Assembly (NCBI RefSeq): GCF_001186125.1
Contig: NW_014040425.1
Location: forward strand, 44,154 to 96,311
Length of the DNA: 52,158 bases
Source of the DNA: Sphaeroforma arctica JP610
Lineage: Eukaryota
Direction: 5' to 3'
Shown here one piece after another: positions 1 to 14,200 of this stretch. The position numbers and the translations under genes were made by a program. The notes under the pieces are model-generated. The model made no database searches. It saw nothing but the letters and a program-made list of their open reading frames with translations, and was not told the origin of the DNA. The stretch's first letter is position 1. Every line of letters begins with the position of its first letter.

Positions 1-281
1 GTATGTATTTATGTATGTATGTATGTATGTATGTATGTATGTATGTACGTACGTAAGTATGTATGTATGTATGTATGTATGTATGTATGTATGTATGTAT
101 CTATATATATATATATGTATGTATGTAAGTATGTATGTGTGTGTATGTATGTATATATATATCTGAACTATATGTATAATACTTGTATGTGCTTGTGTAT
201 GCATGTATGTATATTAATATTTAAATAGGTATGTATATACATAGACAATATGTATATATATATATATATATATTGTCTATG

Positions 282-320
<39 letters not shown>
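1..320. repeat. Compound microsatellite (TATG)n/(TA)n/(GA)n
   Basis: Directly visible tandem gtat, ta and ga runs; probably intronic to the minus-strand gene starting at 734. Confidence 0.95.
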
Positions 321-321
<1 letters not shown>

Positions 322-662
322 AATTACATGTATGTAGAAATTAAATGTGTTTATATGAATATCTTTCTTATGCCCTATCCCCTTATCCGACACATAGTTA
401 ACGTAATCTACAGTTCATGTATCTGTTCGTATTCGTAATGCGATTGAAATATCTGTGAGCAGAAGTGAGAGTATATATATGGAATTATTCATACTATATA
501 TATCGTTGCCTTGATAAATAAAAGGATATGGGTCTACTCATATATGTTGATATGTGTATATAAGAGCTGTTCGTGTCTGTTTCTCAAAGATGAACTCGTG
601 TTCACCAATATCATCGCCCAGCTGAGCAACGACATATACATAATCCAAAAGATTTCACTCAC

Positions 663-734
663 CACAACATAACCGGCAGGAGGGTCCTCATCGCCGCAAA
701 CAAGTGCGATTTTATTTATGTATTTGTAACCCAT
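663..734 (-). CDS. Probable first coding exon of a gene running off the left edge; N-terminus resembles an MABP (MVB12-associated beta-prism) repeat
   Basis: ATG at 734 gives MGYKYINKIALVCGDEDPPAGYVV, followed by a strong minus-strand donor (GTG|GTGAGT). The pattern YI..I.LV.G.E.PP.GY..V resembles MABP repeats. Only 24 codons are visible. Confidence 0.45.
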
Positions 735-1512
735 CGTACCGCAAATATAAGACGACGCGAATCGACGGCGGGGGCAGCTATGTTAAACACCAGCCATGCT
801 TTACCACCAAGCAGATGTAGTATCACTTTACAGCCAATACTGAACCATGTACACAATGTATATAAGAACTATAACGAGAAGGGGTAGTTACTACTACTAC
901 TATTTTAATATAAATACTTTCCCCATCACTGATCAAAGTCAGTCCACACGTAATGTCTAATTATCATCTTTTTTTTAATGACCCGTCAGATTTATTATTG
1001 GGCCTTCGTAATCGCAGCTAAAAAAGAAAAGTTGGAGTGAGAGTGGGAGATGGGAGAAAGGTCTGTGCCTCTCGCCCACTTCTCACTTGTTGACATCTGC
1101 TGTTGTATGTTCGATAAACAGTTCCGAAGCTACTACGAGGGTAGAGAGGTATCGACTAGCGGACATCTGCACCTGTTGCCAGATACAATACGAGTCGTCG
1201 TACAATCGAACAGATTATGACGTCTCTGCTTTTTCATGCGTGTCTCACTTTCGACCTCCACAATGCATGTATTAAGGGATAGGGGCACGACAGTCCAGAT
1301 TTTAATGGAAATACGACCCTGGAGATTATAGTATTATATTGTTGTTTACCTTCGCAAGTTCAATATCGAATGGTGGTACAAGACGCCTATTTATAGCACT
1401 CACATGTGTACAAGCATACTCCATGCGAGTAGACAAGCTCCGTCTACACTTATATTACGTCAGTGTGTAAACCTATAGCTCCCACGACACCCCACACCAC
1501 GAAACTACAACA

Positions 1513-2182
1513 ATGAATGGGATTGGTACTTTAGGGACACCATCTGCAGTGTCTGCGAAGGGAAACTCGGAACGGAGTAAACTAGAAGACGCACCGGCAC
1601 AAACAATCAGTAGTCGTTCGAGGACTGACATACCAAGCACACATACAGAGCCACGCACACGCACAAGCTCAAGTAGGAATGCCTCTGCCCAGATGACAGC
1701 CAACACGCGTGTATTGTTTGGGTGTGATGTCGAGAACCTCCGGCTGACCCTGGACAATGTGGTGATCAACGACATGCGTGTGCTGCGACGTATGCACGTG
1801 GTCAGTCATAGCGACCAGCCGTTGCGTGTGCGACTGCGGTCCACTTTAGGCACACAGCTTAAGTTCCAGCTCAGCAACTTGAACTTGCCGGATGATCGGG
1901 ACTTGTCGCATGGCCCACATCTGAATAGTTTGTTCAATCTAGTAGGATGGGTGGATGAGCTCGTGCTTCCACCCAGGGCTACGCAACAGATAAGTACGTC
2001 TTCTAATTTGCGTTTGCTATATCATAGTTTATTTGATGTGCTGTGTGTTGTTAGAACTTACGGGACGACAACTTTTTGAATCTGGGATTGTAGCGACACG
2101 GAAAAATGTATCTTAGTAGAGTGGGTACATCTGGGCATACATGTTGACCCTGTGCGTTGATTCATATATATATATATGTATG

Positions 2183-2226
<44 letters not shown>

Positions 2227-5200
2227 GTATTCAAGAGCGTATACGTGAAGTTCCGTGTACTTCTCTCGGTGTGTTGATGGGGATTTCTATTAGGAAGAGA
2301 CACACGACATAAGTTGCACAACCGAAAATAGCCTAAAAATTAAGATGGATCCTTCGAGTTACTCAACTACATACGCTAGTGATACCCTGGTCCAACCTTG
2401 AGAATAATGAAGTTGGACGTTAGTTTATGTTTTTGTCTGTAGAAGTTTCGCATTGCTCCGGTATGGTCTCCACTTGCACTGTGTGTTTGTTCTCTGGCAT
2501 TTGTCGCTGGTATTTAAATGGATGCTTGTACTTGTACTTCACGGGCGCCCGGAAGTGGAGACCTGAAGTACCGGAGAGTGTGCTTTCACGCCGGTGTGTA
2601 CTAAATCCAGATCACGCGAACACCGAACATCTCATGATAAATACATATACTTGCGCTGCAATTTGGGTTCAAGACGAGTACTTTATCAATAGGTGATAGT
2701 ATTTCTGCCGCGTGTTCGCCATACGTTCTGCTATGCGTTAGCCAATCCGCGAGCTTCTTTCCCAAGGCCGAGTGAGAATGTTTTTGCAGTCACTCAGAGT
2801 GCCCCTCTTGCTCCTTGGTTATTAATTAATTCCAATTACTTGTTTTTTATGCAGAATAGTACTCTTCAGGCACAACGTTTCACATTCAACACCCAGAGGC
2901 GTATGTACAAATCAATTCAGTCATATAGATGGTGCAATTGACCGAAATAAGATTGTCTTCAAATAATCTAGCCCACTACGAAACGTTCTGATGCTCCTCG
3001 GTGACTTTCGGATAGTTGCATTAAATTTCGATCTCATACATATACACACCTGCTCTCTCCATGCGCTTCGCTTGTTACAGTTTTGGTCTTCTTGGCGGAA
3101 GCTCATTCATCATCAGAAGATGGTCCGCTCGCGTCCTACAAGGCGTCGGAGATCAATGGGTCCATCGTGCTGACGGGGAGGGTAATAAAAGGTGAATATG
3201 GCGACGATGGATTTCGCACTCTAATTCTATCTCGAATTCAGTATTTAGAAAGTGTGTGGGGTGGTTCTGAGATGCTTGTTTGGTTGACAACCCGAAGTTG
3301 TGTGGAATAGCGAAGGCGGCACAGTGCATTGTCAGCGGCTCCATTATTTGTGTGCTGAGTACTCAGGCAATTAGCGACACAACCACAAGTCTTTCCACAC
3401 ACGCAGATTGTCTCCACGGTTTGCCTTTTTATGAACCCCGGTAACACATCATTTGCATCAGATATTGTGATATACCACCTATATCACCGGTTGTAAGAAC
3501 ACCTTTTGGGTGATTGGTCACAGTACTTGTTGCACTATTTGTAGCATCGATTGCAGGGTGTCTTTTCCCGTGTAACACTCCGTGCCGCCCCGTTGTTTAC
3601 ATTATCTACGGCACAAGTACGTACATCGCCTGCTGGTGCAGTGTAGTGATTGTCATATCGACGCTCGCACTCGTGACATTTTCCACACTCAATCTTACCC
3701 CTTGTATGTCAGATTGCCTTATAGATGCGACTGAGTGCAACCACAGCTCAACCGAGGCATCGGAACAGAACAGCGGCACCACTACACCGTCTGCTGAGGC
3801 TCAGTTGGATCCACAAAAATCCTTAGGAACACGCTTTAGTGCACTGCTGACCCAGTCTCTGTCTATCAGGTATGTTTGTTGCGCGCCTCGCGTTGATGAC
3901 CGTTGGACTGTCCAGGTATCGGCTTGTGGTGTGCGGATCTTGTAGCACCGTGGTTGCGACCTGGTCCAGACGACAGTCTTGATGTCCATGCGTTCATGAA
4001 CTCGTCAAAGACAGTGCTTGTGTATTCTCAACTAACACAGCATCCACTATACACGCATATGGCCAGGTTCAAAGCACTGGTATGCCAGTCAATACTACGA
4101 GTAGACCAGGCAGAGCGAGAGATGGACTTGGACGACTGTGTGACCAACCAGACGTACGTACGCGATTTCACTGTGTGGAACTGCTCAGAGTTTCCGCTAT
4201 CATTTGTCCTGGCAACCGACAGCACGGACGGCCAGGTTTGTTGCGTTGAGATCGGAAATTATATTTGAAGCTTTTAGCGGGAGTGGCGTTTCAAAATTGA
4301 ACTAGTTCTGAATGTGCGTTCTGTTAAGACGTGTACTTGCGTGGTTGATACGATGCGCGCCACGTCATATGTGATGTCGCGTTGTACCTTGTGTTCCACG
4401 GCCTCAAGCGTGAGGAGGTATGTGGAAGTATTTTGTTCATCACTAAAACGACTTGAGGCATTGCAAGCACTGTTCTGGTAAAAACTAAGTTACGATGTTT
4501 TGCCATCTTGTGTCACGGTGTGAAGTCCGTGTTCCTATTCTCTAGTCGAAATATTCACACATGCACCCTCGCTTCATGCCAAAAAATGTGTGCACAAGGG
4601 CCGTTACTACACACTCAGCTATTTTTTTTGTTTTGATAACACAAACGTATGAAATCTCGTACAGGGTGATTTGTGTGAGTTCTCTGAACTGGAAACAGGA
4701 TACCCCATCAATCCCAAGAGAGAGATCAACGTGGCATCCGGGTTCTCGCAGTGCCGCATTCGCTTGTCGTACTCGCCTACCACAGTGGGCGAATTCAAAA
4801 TGGTACTCCAGCTGGAGAATCTGCGCAACCTGTCGAATGTCGAGCGCATCACTGTGCATGCGTCGGTGACGGCAGAACAGCGTAGTCAGGCTCTCTGGGT
4901 ATGTCGTCGTGTATCCTCCAACGTGCGTGTTTCTCATGTGGTGTGTGTAGTTGGGTACATGTATTGTCCTTCGTATAGGTGGAATGTGCACATGCTATGG
5001 AAGTACAAGGGTACACAGGTAGTGCATCAGCACCAGCGTAGTATTTTTCGCCAGCTTACTTACATCCGGATTTTCTAATGGTCGTGGCAAAGATAAGCAC
5101 AGGAACCTACCAAAACATACTTCCGGCTTTCAAGCCACACGCAAGGCGACACTGGGAACATTTGTGATGCGTTATTAAAATATTTATACAACTCTCAACT

Positions 5201-8200
5201 GAATGACATTAAGAATGCCGTAATTTTAATTTTTAAGAAGTATCTATAATTGTGAGCCTGTTCGCCTTTTAGCCTGCTCAAGTGCATGTTATGCGACTCA
5301 ACAGGTCAGTGGTGGCGGGCGCATAGACTTCGGCGACGTCTACGCTCACCGTTCGGCCGAGTGGACCATTATACTGCGCAACGAGACTGTGGAACCCATT
5401 GATGTCTTCGCGATTCCTACCGACGGCACTAGTGACGATGGAGTACCCCCAGAGATTACCTTCCACCATCCATCTGGTGAGATTGGGTCGTTCTTTTCTG
5501 TCGTTGATTTGCACGCTACTGCTCCCGTTGTCCTAGACATCTTATTGTTTCAAATGAGCCCGCGAAGCATTGCAAGTTCTATCCCCAGCATAATTTGACC
5601 ATCGTATTCATGCCCATCATGCAGTGCCAGAGACAGAGGAAGATTACGATTCTCCGAACGATTCAGATCGACCACACACTCCCGCGAGACGGGGCGCGAA
5701 CCCGGAGAAGCACGTAAACAACATGGGTGGTATCAAGGGTGATAGCACCGAGAGTCTCAAGGAGTTCAATCGCTCGCAGCCCCGGGCTCATTCACGCACA
5801 CACACGCCGCTGATGCAACGGAAGGATGCTCGCGATGGCCCAGGGTATGTCTGTTGTGGGATCTTGCCGTGCACCATATGTTAGATAATTGAGATCAGGC
5901 GGCGTTGGATCAGCCTTGTTCTCTCTTTCTGGAAGCTGTTGGCTCTTATTTTGTTCTCTGCTTGTAATTTTTATATGCACGTGCGAGGCTGGACTGTTCT
6001 GTCTGAATTTTGACGAAGTATCTAAGGAAACCGGTGCACTGCATCCGCACTCTCTGCCCTGGCACAACGATGCCGAACACTCAATAGCCCGGTGCGGGCG
6101 CATACAGAAGCACGGGAACGTACGGGCCAAACTGTCACACACACACGAACCCCACGCGCAACATCGAAATATAGTGCATGATAAGATCTGCAGCAACTGA
6201 TAGCTTGCGATGTACATTTCTTCGTACCCCGTAGTGGAGCTCTGATTGGGTCTAATCGACGTGGCCGTGACCATCACGGCGTGATGATTGTGGATTCGGA
6301 AGACGACGACCGCCGAAAGGAGAAGCCGCGACGAGAAAGTACCAGTCAATCCAGCGAGCAGTTCAGTTTGCTACCAAACCGTGAGCAGGTGAGTAAGTTG
6401 CTGGATCTACTCCAAAGTATCTGCTGTATGCCTATATATCACCAATGGGCAGAGGTATATCCCAGGCTCATAACAGAATCTTGGCGTTGGCTTCGGACGG
6501 CAACATCTTACCTTTGCTGCATTCACCCTGTATACCTGTATAACTCTATGGCATGCTTGTGCTGTTTTCAGGTTATAAACCTTGCTGTATATATCACACG
6601 TCGCTGCCTTGCAGATGGTTGTGGTCAGATACCGTCCTATCGAACTCGGTGACGGCAGCGATATCAGCAGCGCAGACGTGGAATCTACAGGAGGTATTTC
6701 CTCTGTTACAAACCAGCCACAGCAGAAGACACAAAATATGCACCAACAAAACCAGGTATGAATGTGTTCACTTTGGTCGGGAGGATACCAGCATCGAGTT
6801 CAAAACGCATTCATGAAAATTCGTCCGTCCTATGGTCCTTGTGAAGACCGCTGCGAGTGATAGAAACGTATCAAAACAGCCCAGGCTAAAAATCTGTTGA
6901 TTTCGATAGTATGTGTCCTGCTCACCGCTTTCGTATACTCCTCGCCCCTTTCATATTCTAGCTTTTTCCTCTACTTCTTTGACTAATCCCGAAACCTTCT
7001 GCAACCCCCACAGCAAGCCAAACAATTGTATCAATTGCAGACCCGCAACTATCGGTTGCGCATCAAATGTTGCGACGCGGCGGGGGCTGAGATACAGTGG
7101 CGAGTGATCCACGCAACAGCGCGTGTGTGCTTGTCCAAAGTGATGCTCTCTATGGACGAGCTCAACTTTGGAGATCTGATCATCGGGAAGCACTACAGTA
7201 AAACCATCAGCCTGAGGAATCTCTCGGCGCTGCCTGCAAGCATTGATGTGCGCTATCAGTCGAAGATAATACGACTAGTCGAGCTACACGATGACCAGGT
7301 AGGAGTTTGAGCGGGAATGAAAGCATCACTTTCTGTAGTTGTACCTGGAATATGGCCTTTGATTATCAAACGTACAATATTTGGTCCGCGTACGATTTCA
7401 TTGGTTTTCATGCCCGACATCAGCTAGTTGTACTTCCAAGCGGTTTTTTTTTGTGTTACTAATCGGTGGACTGCCGCTATATTCCTACTACTGGCCGAAT
7501 TGGCTGCATGACTACATGTTCAGTGTCTGGGTGTCGCTGCACACTATCACATCCACTATTCTCCCCCTGTGTGTTGTAGTTCCAGCGCCGTTTTTGGGGT
7601 AGGACAAATTATCACAATGCAGTACGGGTGGCGCCAGTATTCAATCCCGTTGTATTCGCTTGTCACTCTAATCAGGATGACTACGAGGACACAACCGATG
7701 CGCCACCGCCGAGTGGCGGCATTGCCAGCAGAGAACCGCCCCATTCCTTCGAGGGTGTCACATCGATCTTTGCTAGTGGCAGTGGGAGAGGGGCTTCGCA
7801 GATCATGTCCATTACGATACCCCCCCTGCAGCAGATCAACATCCGCGTGGATGTACGGGCCAGAAAAGTCAATCCTGAATATGTGAAACATATTCACTTT
7901 AGCAACACCAACAACGACGAAGATAGGTGAGGGCAGCCCGTGTGCTAACTTCTTGTTGTGTTTTTTTCTCGTATTATGTGTTCTGCTTCAGTGAGTCGCT
8001 ACAATTATGCCAGAACTGTCGGTGTGGTCGGGCAGTCGAACTCATTGGCCCGCAACAAACTTGGACATGTGTTGAGTCATGCATTCAGTTTTATAGTAGC
8101 ACTGCTGAAAGGGCAAGGCTTACATTTCATTCAAAGCGTGTAATCATTTTGGATACGCAATTCCATTCAGCAGTCGCAGTATGTTACTTACACTATATTC

Positions 8201-11200
8201 CACTCGGGAAAACGTATCTATTCTTTTACCTTATAACAGTCATACCCTGATTGTGCGCGCGAATAATATCGACCAGCATGGAGACTCGTTCCACTCGGTG
8301 ATCTACCGCGTCACTACAGGCAGCCCGCTGGGCGACATCAACTTCGCCACCATGGTTAACAACAACGCCAGCCTGCGCACATTCAAGATCAAGAGCTTGC
8401 ACAGCGAACAATTGCACTTGGACCTATTCACCACACGCCCTTCCCAGATCAAACTGTACACTCCTAAACTTCCGGGGGCGTTTAAGGAAGGGAGTGGCGT
8501 ATCGTCCGGAGACGTGATGGGTATTGATGACGGGATGCGGGAGGGAACAGAGAACAGACCGTCGACCAATACTCAGGAGCGGCTATTGCGACGCAAAGAA
8601 AAGTTGTTGGAGTCAATGGAAACCGATACCTGGGTGGACGACGCGCATCATCGCGACAGCACACGGCCCAAAGCTTACTCAGTGTCGAAGGCTGAGGGTC
8701 GCTCTGGTATGTATGAGTTGCGCCACGGAGAACCCACAAAGATTTAGAAAGCAACAATTGGTGCATTCATGTGGTACTGGCTGTGGTACTGGCTGTGGTT
8801 GATACCTAAGGATGTCTTGTCCAGACTGTCATCTGCTCTGAATCCAGACCGGTCCTCTTGAATGACTTTCACTGAACACAGACACCATATACATTTGCTT
8901 GGGGAATATCAACTCTAAAAATGTTTGTTTACAAATTCTTTCCCAATTTTCCACTTCAGTTGACTTCGAATATCTCGATCTCGCAAGGAAGGCTGAACCG
9001 AAATCACCTGGCACTATTGCACTACAACGGATACAGACTGATCTCGACGCACTGGGTCGAACACATCCCAGCCCAAGCATCCGTATGTTTCCCATATTCG
9101 TTCGTGATTCGTATGATACCCCTGGTGATTGGACCCCGCGATCAAATTATTTATATATATAAATTATATAATATACATATATATATATATATATTAATGC
9201 ATATTAATATATATATTGATATATATTAATATATACATATATATATAAATATATATATGTGTGTGTGTGTGCGTGTGTGTGCGTGTGTGTATGTATGTAT
9301 ATGTATGTATATTTATACATCTATATATATATATAAATATATGTATATATCTATATAATATGTATATATATATTTATGTATAGTATATATATATTATATG
9401 CATATGTGTATATATATATGTATATATATATATTTAAAGTTTATGTGTGTTTGTGTGTACCCTGTGGTGTGCTTTTCATTTATCAACAGCGTGTTCGACT
9501 AAATTTTCAAGCATGGTTACCTTATCTAGGCGGCGATATGACACGGTCTCCTACTCAGTCTCCCGGCCCACCGTCGCAGCTGACCAAGCAAAGATACTAC
9601 TCAACGTCGCCTAGCAGTCCTCGCAGTTCTGTACAATCCAGTAGAGGTTTGAGCATGGGGTTACGCAACAGCGGCACTCGTGATAACAAATCGCATCCAC
9701 GCGGTGATTCGGAGAGGGGGAGTGGGCGTAGCTTGAGTCGTAATAGAGGAATCTCTTCAGGCCGGAACAGCCCATCTCCTTCACGACTCGATGCCTACGA
9801 CAACGGGGCGTATGACGAGGCCCGAAACTCAGCGGGTACGGGTAAGAGTACTTGGACCGGGGGCAGTGGTGGCAGCGGGCAACCACACCAGAAGGGTAAA
9901 GGCAACGCACTTGACACACACAAGAAAGGTCACATGTACGCTCCGGGGCTGTCGCGGGGGTCGACTGGGATGCACCTGGCTATGCCAACTACTGACAGTA
10001 AGGCGGGCTCGGACACATCGCATGGGATTGCCAGTGATGGCGAGGGCGAGGAGGAGGGTGCGTGGCAGCTGACACGCATTGTGCAGTCATTTACGGAGGA
10101 ACAGTTCCTGCCGTCTCACTCTTTGTCGCCCAAGGACGAGATAGACTTTATCCAACACGTACAGCGCAGACGGTAAGCATGTTGCTCCTGCAAGAGAGTT
10201 TCGACCGTCTCATGACCAAATTAACCGTAACTTGTATTTTGATCTTCCACGGTGCTTCTTTCTGCGCTCAATTTTTCTCCCTTCTCGTTTGGTGTACTAC
10301 TTGGGGATTGAGAGGTATCGTCAGATAATAACTTCCGCTTTTATCCGCTTCTTTTCCCGTTTAAATCCAGTTGGGAACTACAAAGGGCCATACTCGATGG
10401 CCGGCTTGCTGAAATATCCATGGTTACACTCGAGCAAAACGAGGAAATCACTGTATACGTGGTATACATCCCGTCCCTACACGGTAGCAGTTCGAACCCT
10501 TCCAGCAGGAAGCTGCGAAAGATCGAGGAGAAGCTACTGATCAGACCCATGTATTGGAATCCAGGGCTGAACCAATTTAGTGTGCTTGAACCACGCGACG
10601 AAGACACGAGTGTGGACGGGATTGGCACAGATCCAATCGCGTTGGGGCCTCCAATTGCGGGATCTGTGAAGGCAGGTAGACTCTCTGTGAGCATCGCAGT
10701 CAGACAACTCCGCCTGCTGGGCAAAGCGTGCACAAGCGCAGTGTCAGTGGGTCAGAAGTACATCAATTTCGGCCATCTCACGCTGAAAGACCACGTGGCG
10801 CAGGTGAAAACACTGGTGATCAACAACAACACGGAGTTGCCCATGCTGTATAAGGTCGTAAAATCCGGATCTATTGCATCAGGAGATCTACAGATCCGCG
10901 AAGGCCGGGCGGGTGTCGTGAAACCATTCGACAAGCGGTATGTTATCGTTTTGGGTGGTTTAGGTTGGATGGTACTGAGTCGGCCGGTTTGTATGAGGTT
11001 AGGTTAAAACTGTTGATGATGGTTAGGGTTACTGCTGGAAACAACAGTTCTGAAGGTATTGGTGTATATCTGGACTATCATGAGCCTGGTCTTCATTTGG
11101 GTCAGCGTATGTGGGGTTGAGGTTTGTTGGCGGAGTCTGGGTTAGGTTAGGCAGATCCTAGGGATCAAGCTCGATAGGACCATTTCATCCCAGGATCATA

Positions 11201-14200
11201 ACGACAAGAGGGTGGTGATTAGATATTGTCTCGGTTCGTGGATACGCTGGGTTCGAGTTGGATTGGATGTGAATGATTTGGGACTAGACATTTTAGGCAG
11301 TTTCGGCTTTTCTTATTTGTTTTTGGTTGTGGTTGTTAATTGTGCCCGAAGTGTGTTATTACAAAGGAACGCCCAATTCATGCCACTCACACAACCACAA
11401 TTGCCTACCTCCGCAGGGGCGTGAATTTTATGTTCAAGCCTACGTTTGCCGGAGTTTTTAAGGAAACGCTCAAGATCGTCAACGTCCTTGACGAGACCAG
11501 TCAAGAAGAAGTAACCGTAAAGGCATTAGTCAAGTCCCCAAAGGCCTTTATGATCAAGAGTCTATTTGTAGATTTCGGTTGTTTGGTCATTGGACAACGG
11601 TCGAAGGCTGCGTCTGTTGTGGTGACTAATAACACCGCAAATTCACGCCAGTATGTGATCCGACTTGACCGTGGGATGTGCACTGCAATTGCCGTACAAC
11701 TCGACTTCGAGTTTGAGGAGGCGAATGCCGAGGATGAGGGCCTAATTTCGCAGCAGGACTTGGAGAAAATTGAGGTATGCTTTGTTTTGTAGGGCTCGAG
11801 GGTTGTGCCGCGTTCAACGGTACTGGAAGGATGCTAGGAAAAGGCATCTCAACTATTTCAATTTGAACGACTCCTATATTGCGAACTCTGAATACTCACT
11901 TATAGATAGAACGGACAAATAGAGCACTTAACTTGTTTATGCTTCTTTGGTCTGTATTTTCATACTTCTGTAAAGAGGTGGTGAGCACGAATCAACTTTG
12001 AATTTCGATTTCGGAACTACGCGTGATGTCTTCTTATTTCGATGTCGTCAAATCACCGCTGTGCAACATAACTGAAAACAGGGTCTAGAACAAAAACTGA
12101 AGATTGCTATACGCAAGGAACAACACGACAAGAAAAAGGAAATCGAAGGCAAGCTGAAGAAGCTTAAGGCGCCTACGAAAGGTGCCAAAGGGAAGAAGCT
12201 TAAGAAAAAATCGCTTGTGCTGTCAGCAACGGCCGGGGTCACACCCCTGACTACACCGGCTAGCACACCCGCACGTGATATCACCCCGCCGATCTCCACT
12301 ACTGTATCGCGTAGCGCGAGTGTTAAAGAGTCCGATCTGCTGCATGCTGTAGACGGAACGACGATGTCTAGCCAGGTAGAAGGGGGCACAGGTGTGGGGA
12401 AATCTGGAGATACAGGATTCGGAGAGGTCGGGAGGGTAGCGGACCTCGGTGACCATACACGGTCTGGTCAGAGTGAGAGTGTGCTTCTGGCGCCCCGTGC
12501 TACCACCCCACCCAGTGTAGCTGAATCAACCGGCGGAATTGGAGCAGGGTCAAGTGACAGGGACAAAGAACGAACCACCACCAATGGATTCCGGCTGTTG
12601 GATGATTGTACCGGGGTTGTGGTGACAATCGATGCTATGTCAGCTCGTGGAGTGACCGTCTTTGTCACGGCTCGAGCCTTACGCAGTACAGACTACACCA
12701 CCAATAGTACCCGCACAGATTCTGACTGCGGCGATTCCGCACCAGCAGACACGAGTGTCAGCTCGAACACCCGTGCTGCCAGTGTCACAGGGAATAAGAT
12801 CACCCTTCGCGAGGAGCAGGTGCGCTCGTTGGTGCGTAAGCGCTGGCGTTGGGAGAAGCTCATGTCACTGCTCAACCCGCACGCAGCCGTCACGGACAAC
12901 AACACAGACGCTGGAGACGACCCCGCGGCCACACACATGCAGATCAGTGTACCGCTGGTGGCTATGGGCAACGACGCTGTGAGTGCCGACAATGTCTCGG
13001 GCGCAGGTCAGAAAGACGACGTAGCGAGGACGAAACTTGGCAAAGGGACCGTATCTAACGCACTTGCCCATGACGGCGGGGCAAATTCTACCCTGAACAT
13101 TGCAGGCAGGGGGCAAGAATCGATCGCGGGTTGCAACGCCGCAGGAAATGCGGAACCTTTGAAAAGCGAAGGACAAGCAGACGAAGAGATGCCTGGCACG
13201 TTTGCAGCCCCTCATCCTTATGCGCCTGCTGGAGATATCTCTACGGGTGCGACGGCGCCTACTGTGTTCTCTAATGATCAGCTGAGGACGGCGTGTGCCA
13301 GTGACACAGCGTTATCGCAACTGGGTATGGAATTTGTAGTAGGGGGTTTGGTAGTGCACGAAGACCGCAACAAGGATCTGCTGAAGATTGTCGCATACAG
13401 AGTGTGCGTGTGTAGCACCCCATCAGCCGCGACGGGAATGGTCACGGACATATGTACAGCTGAAGGCAGCCAGCCACTCGATGGTCTCAGTGCGAGCGCG
13501 AGTGTGGCGTGCCTCGAGGACACCGACACTACCACAGAACAGAACGAACCAATTGCTACAGTGCAGGAGAGTCAACTGTCACCGCAGCGGGTAGAAGCTC
13601 CACCGATAGCAACTCGGCTCGCATCGAAAATAGATCCTTTGTTCAGACAAAGACTGCAAGCTATCTTGGCCATGCCGCAGTCGTCTTTGTTAGCCCTGAG
13701 TGGCAACACATCCACGTTGCTGAGCACTACGACACCGTGTTCTCCGATCTCGACACCACCACGGTCGCCGTATGTAGATGCGCGCAATCTCAGAGACAGG
13801 AAGCTTTCCATTCTTAACTCTGAGGTATTTCGAAGTGCAGAGGGCGGCGCTGGGGTTAGCGACAGTACCATGATAGGTCAATCTAGCAATGATGCTGCGT
13901 CCTTTATAGCTGCCAGCGCCTCGGATAATGGAGAGACAGCTGAAGAGTCAGGCGGCCTAGAAGGTCTGGTTAAGTCCGTTAGTAGTAGCTCAGGTGGTGA
14001 TATATCACCCAGGACAAACTTTTGCAACATTTTAGGCAGGAAGGTGGACGGTACAGGAAATATCGGGAGTTCTGCTTCGAGCTCGTCCATGTTAGATGCG
14101 GCTGGGAACAGTTTTGCGACCCCCGGACGTTTTCAAAGGCATGACGACAAGACTGGACACGTGGACGTGACCACGCCAGGTAACACCAACACCCACTCCG

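Noticed and set aside
19..438. ORFs MYVCMYVC... and MYIYIY...
   Set aside because: Translations of microsatellites.
2534..2571. Small intronic hairpin GTACTTCA...TGAAGTAC
   Set aside because: An 8-10 bp stem is expected by chance in 52 kb, and there are no snoRNA or miRNA features.
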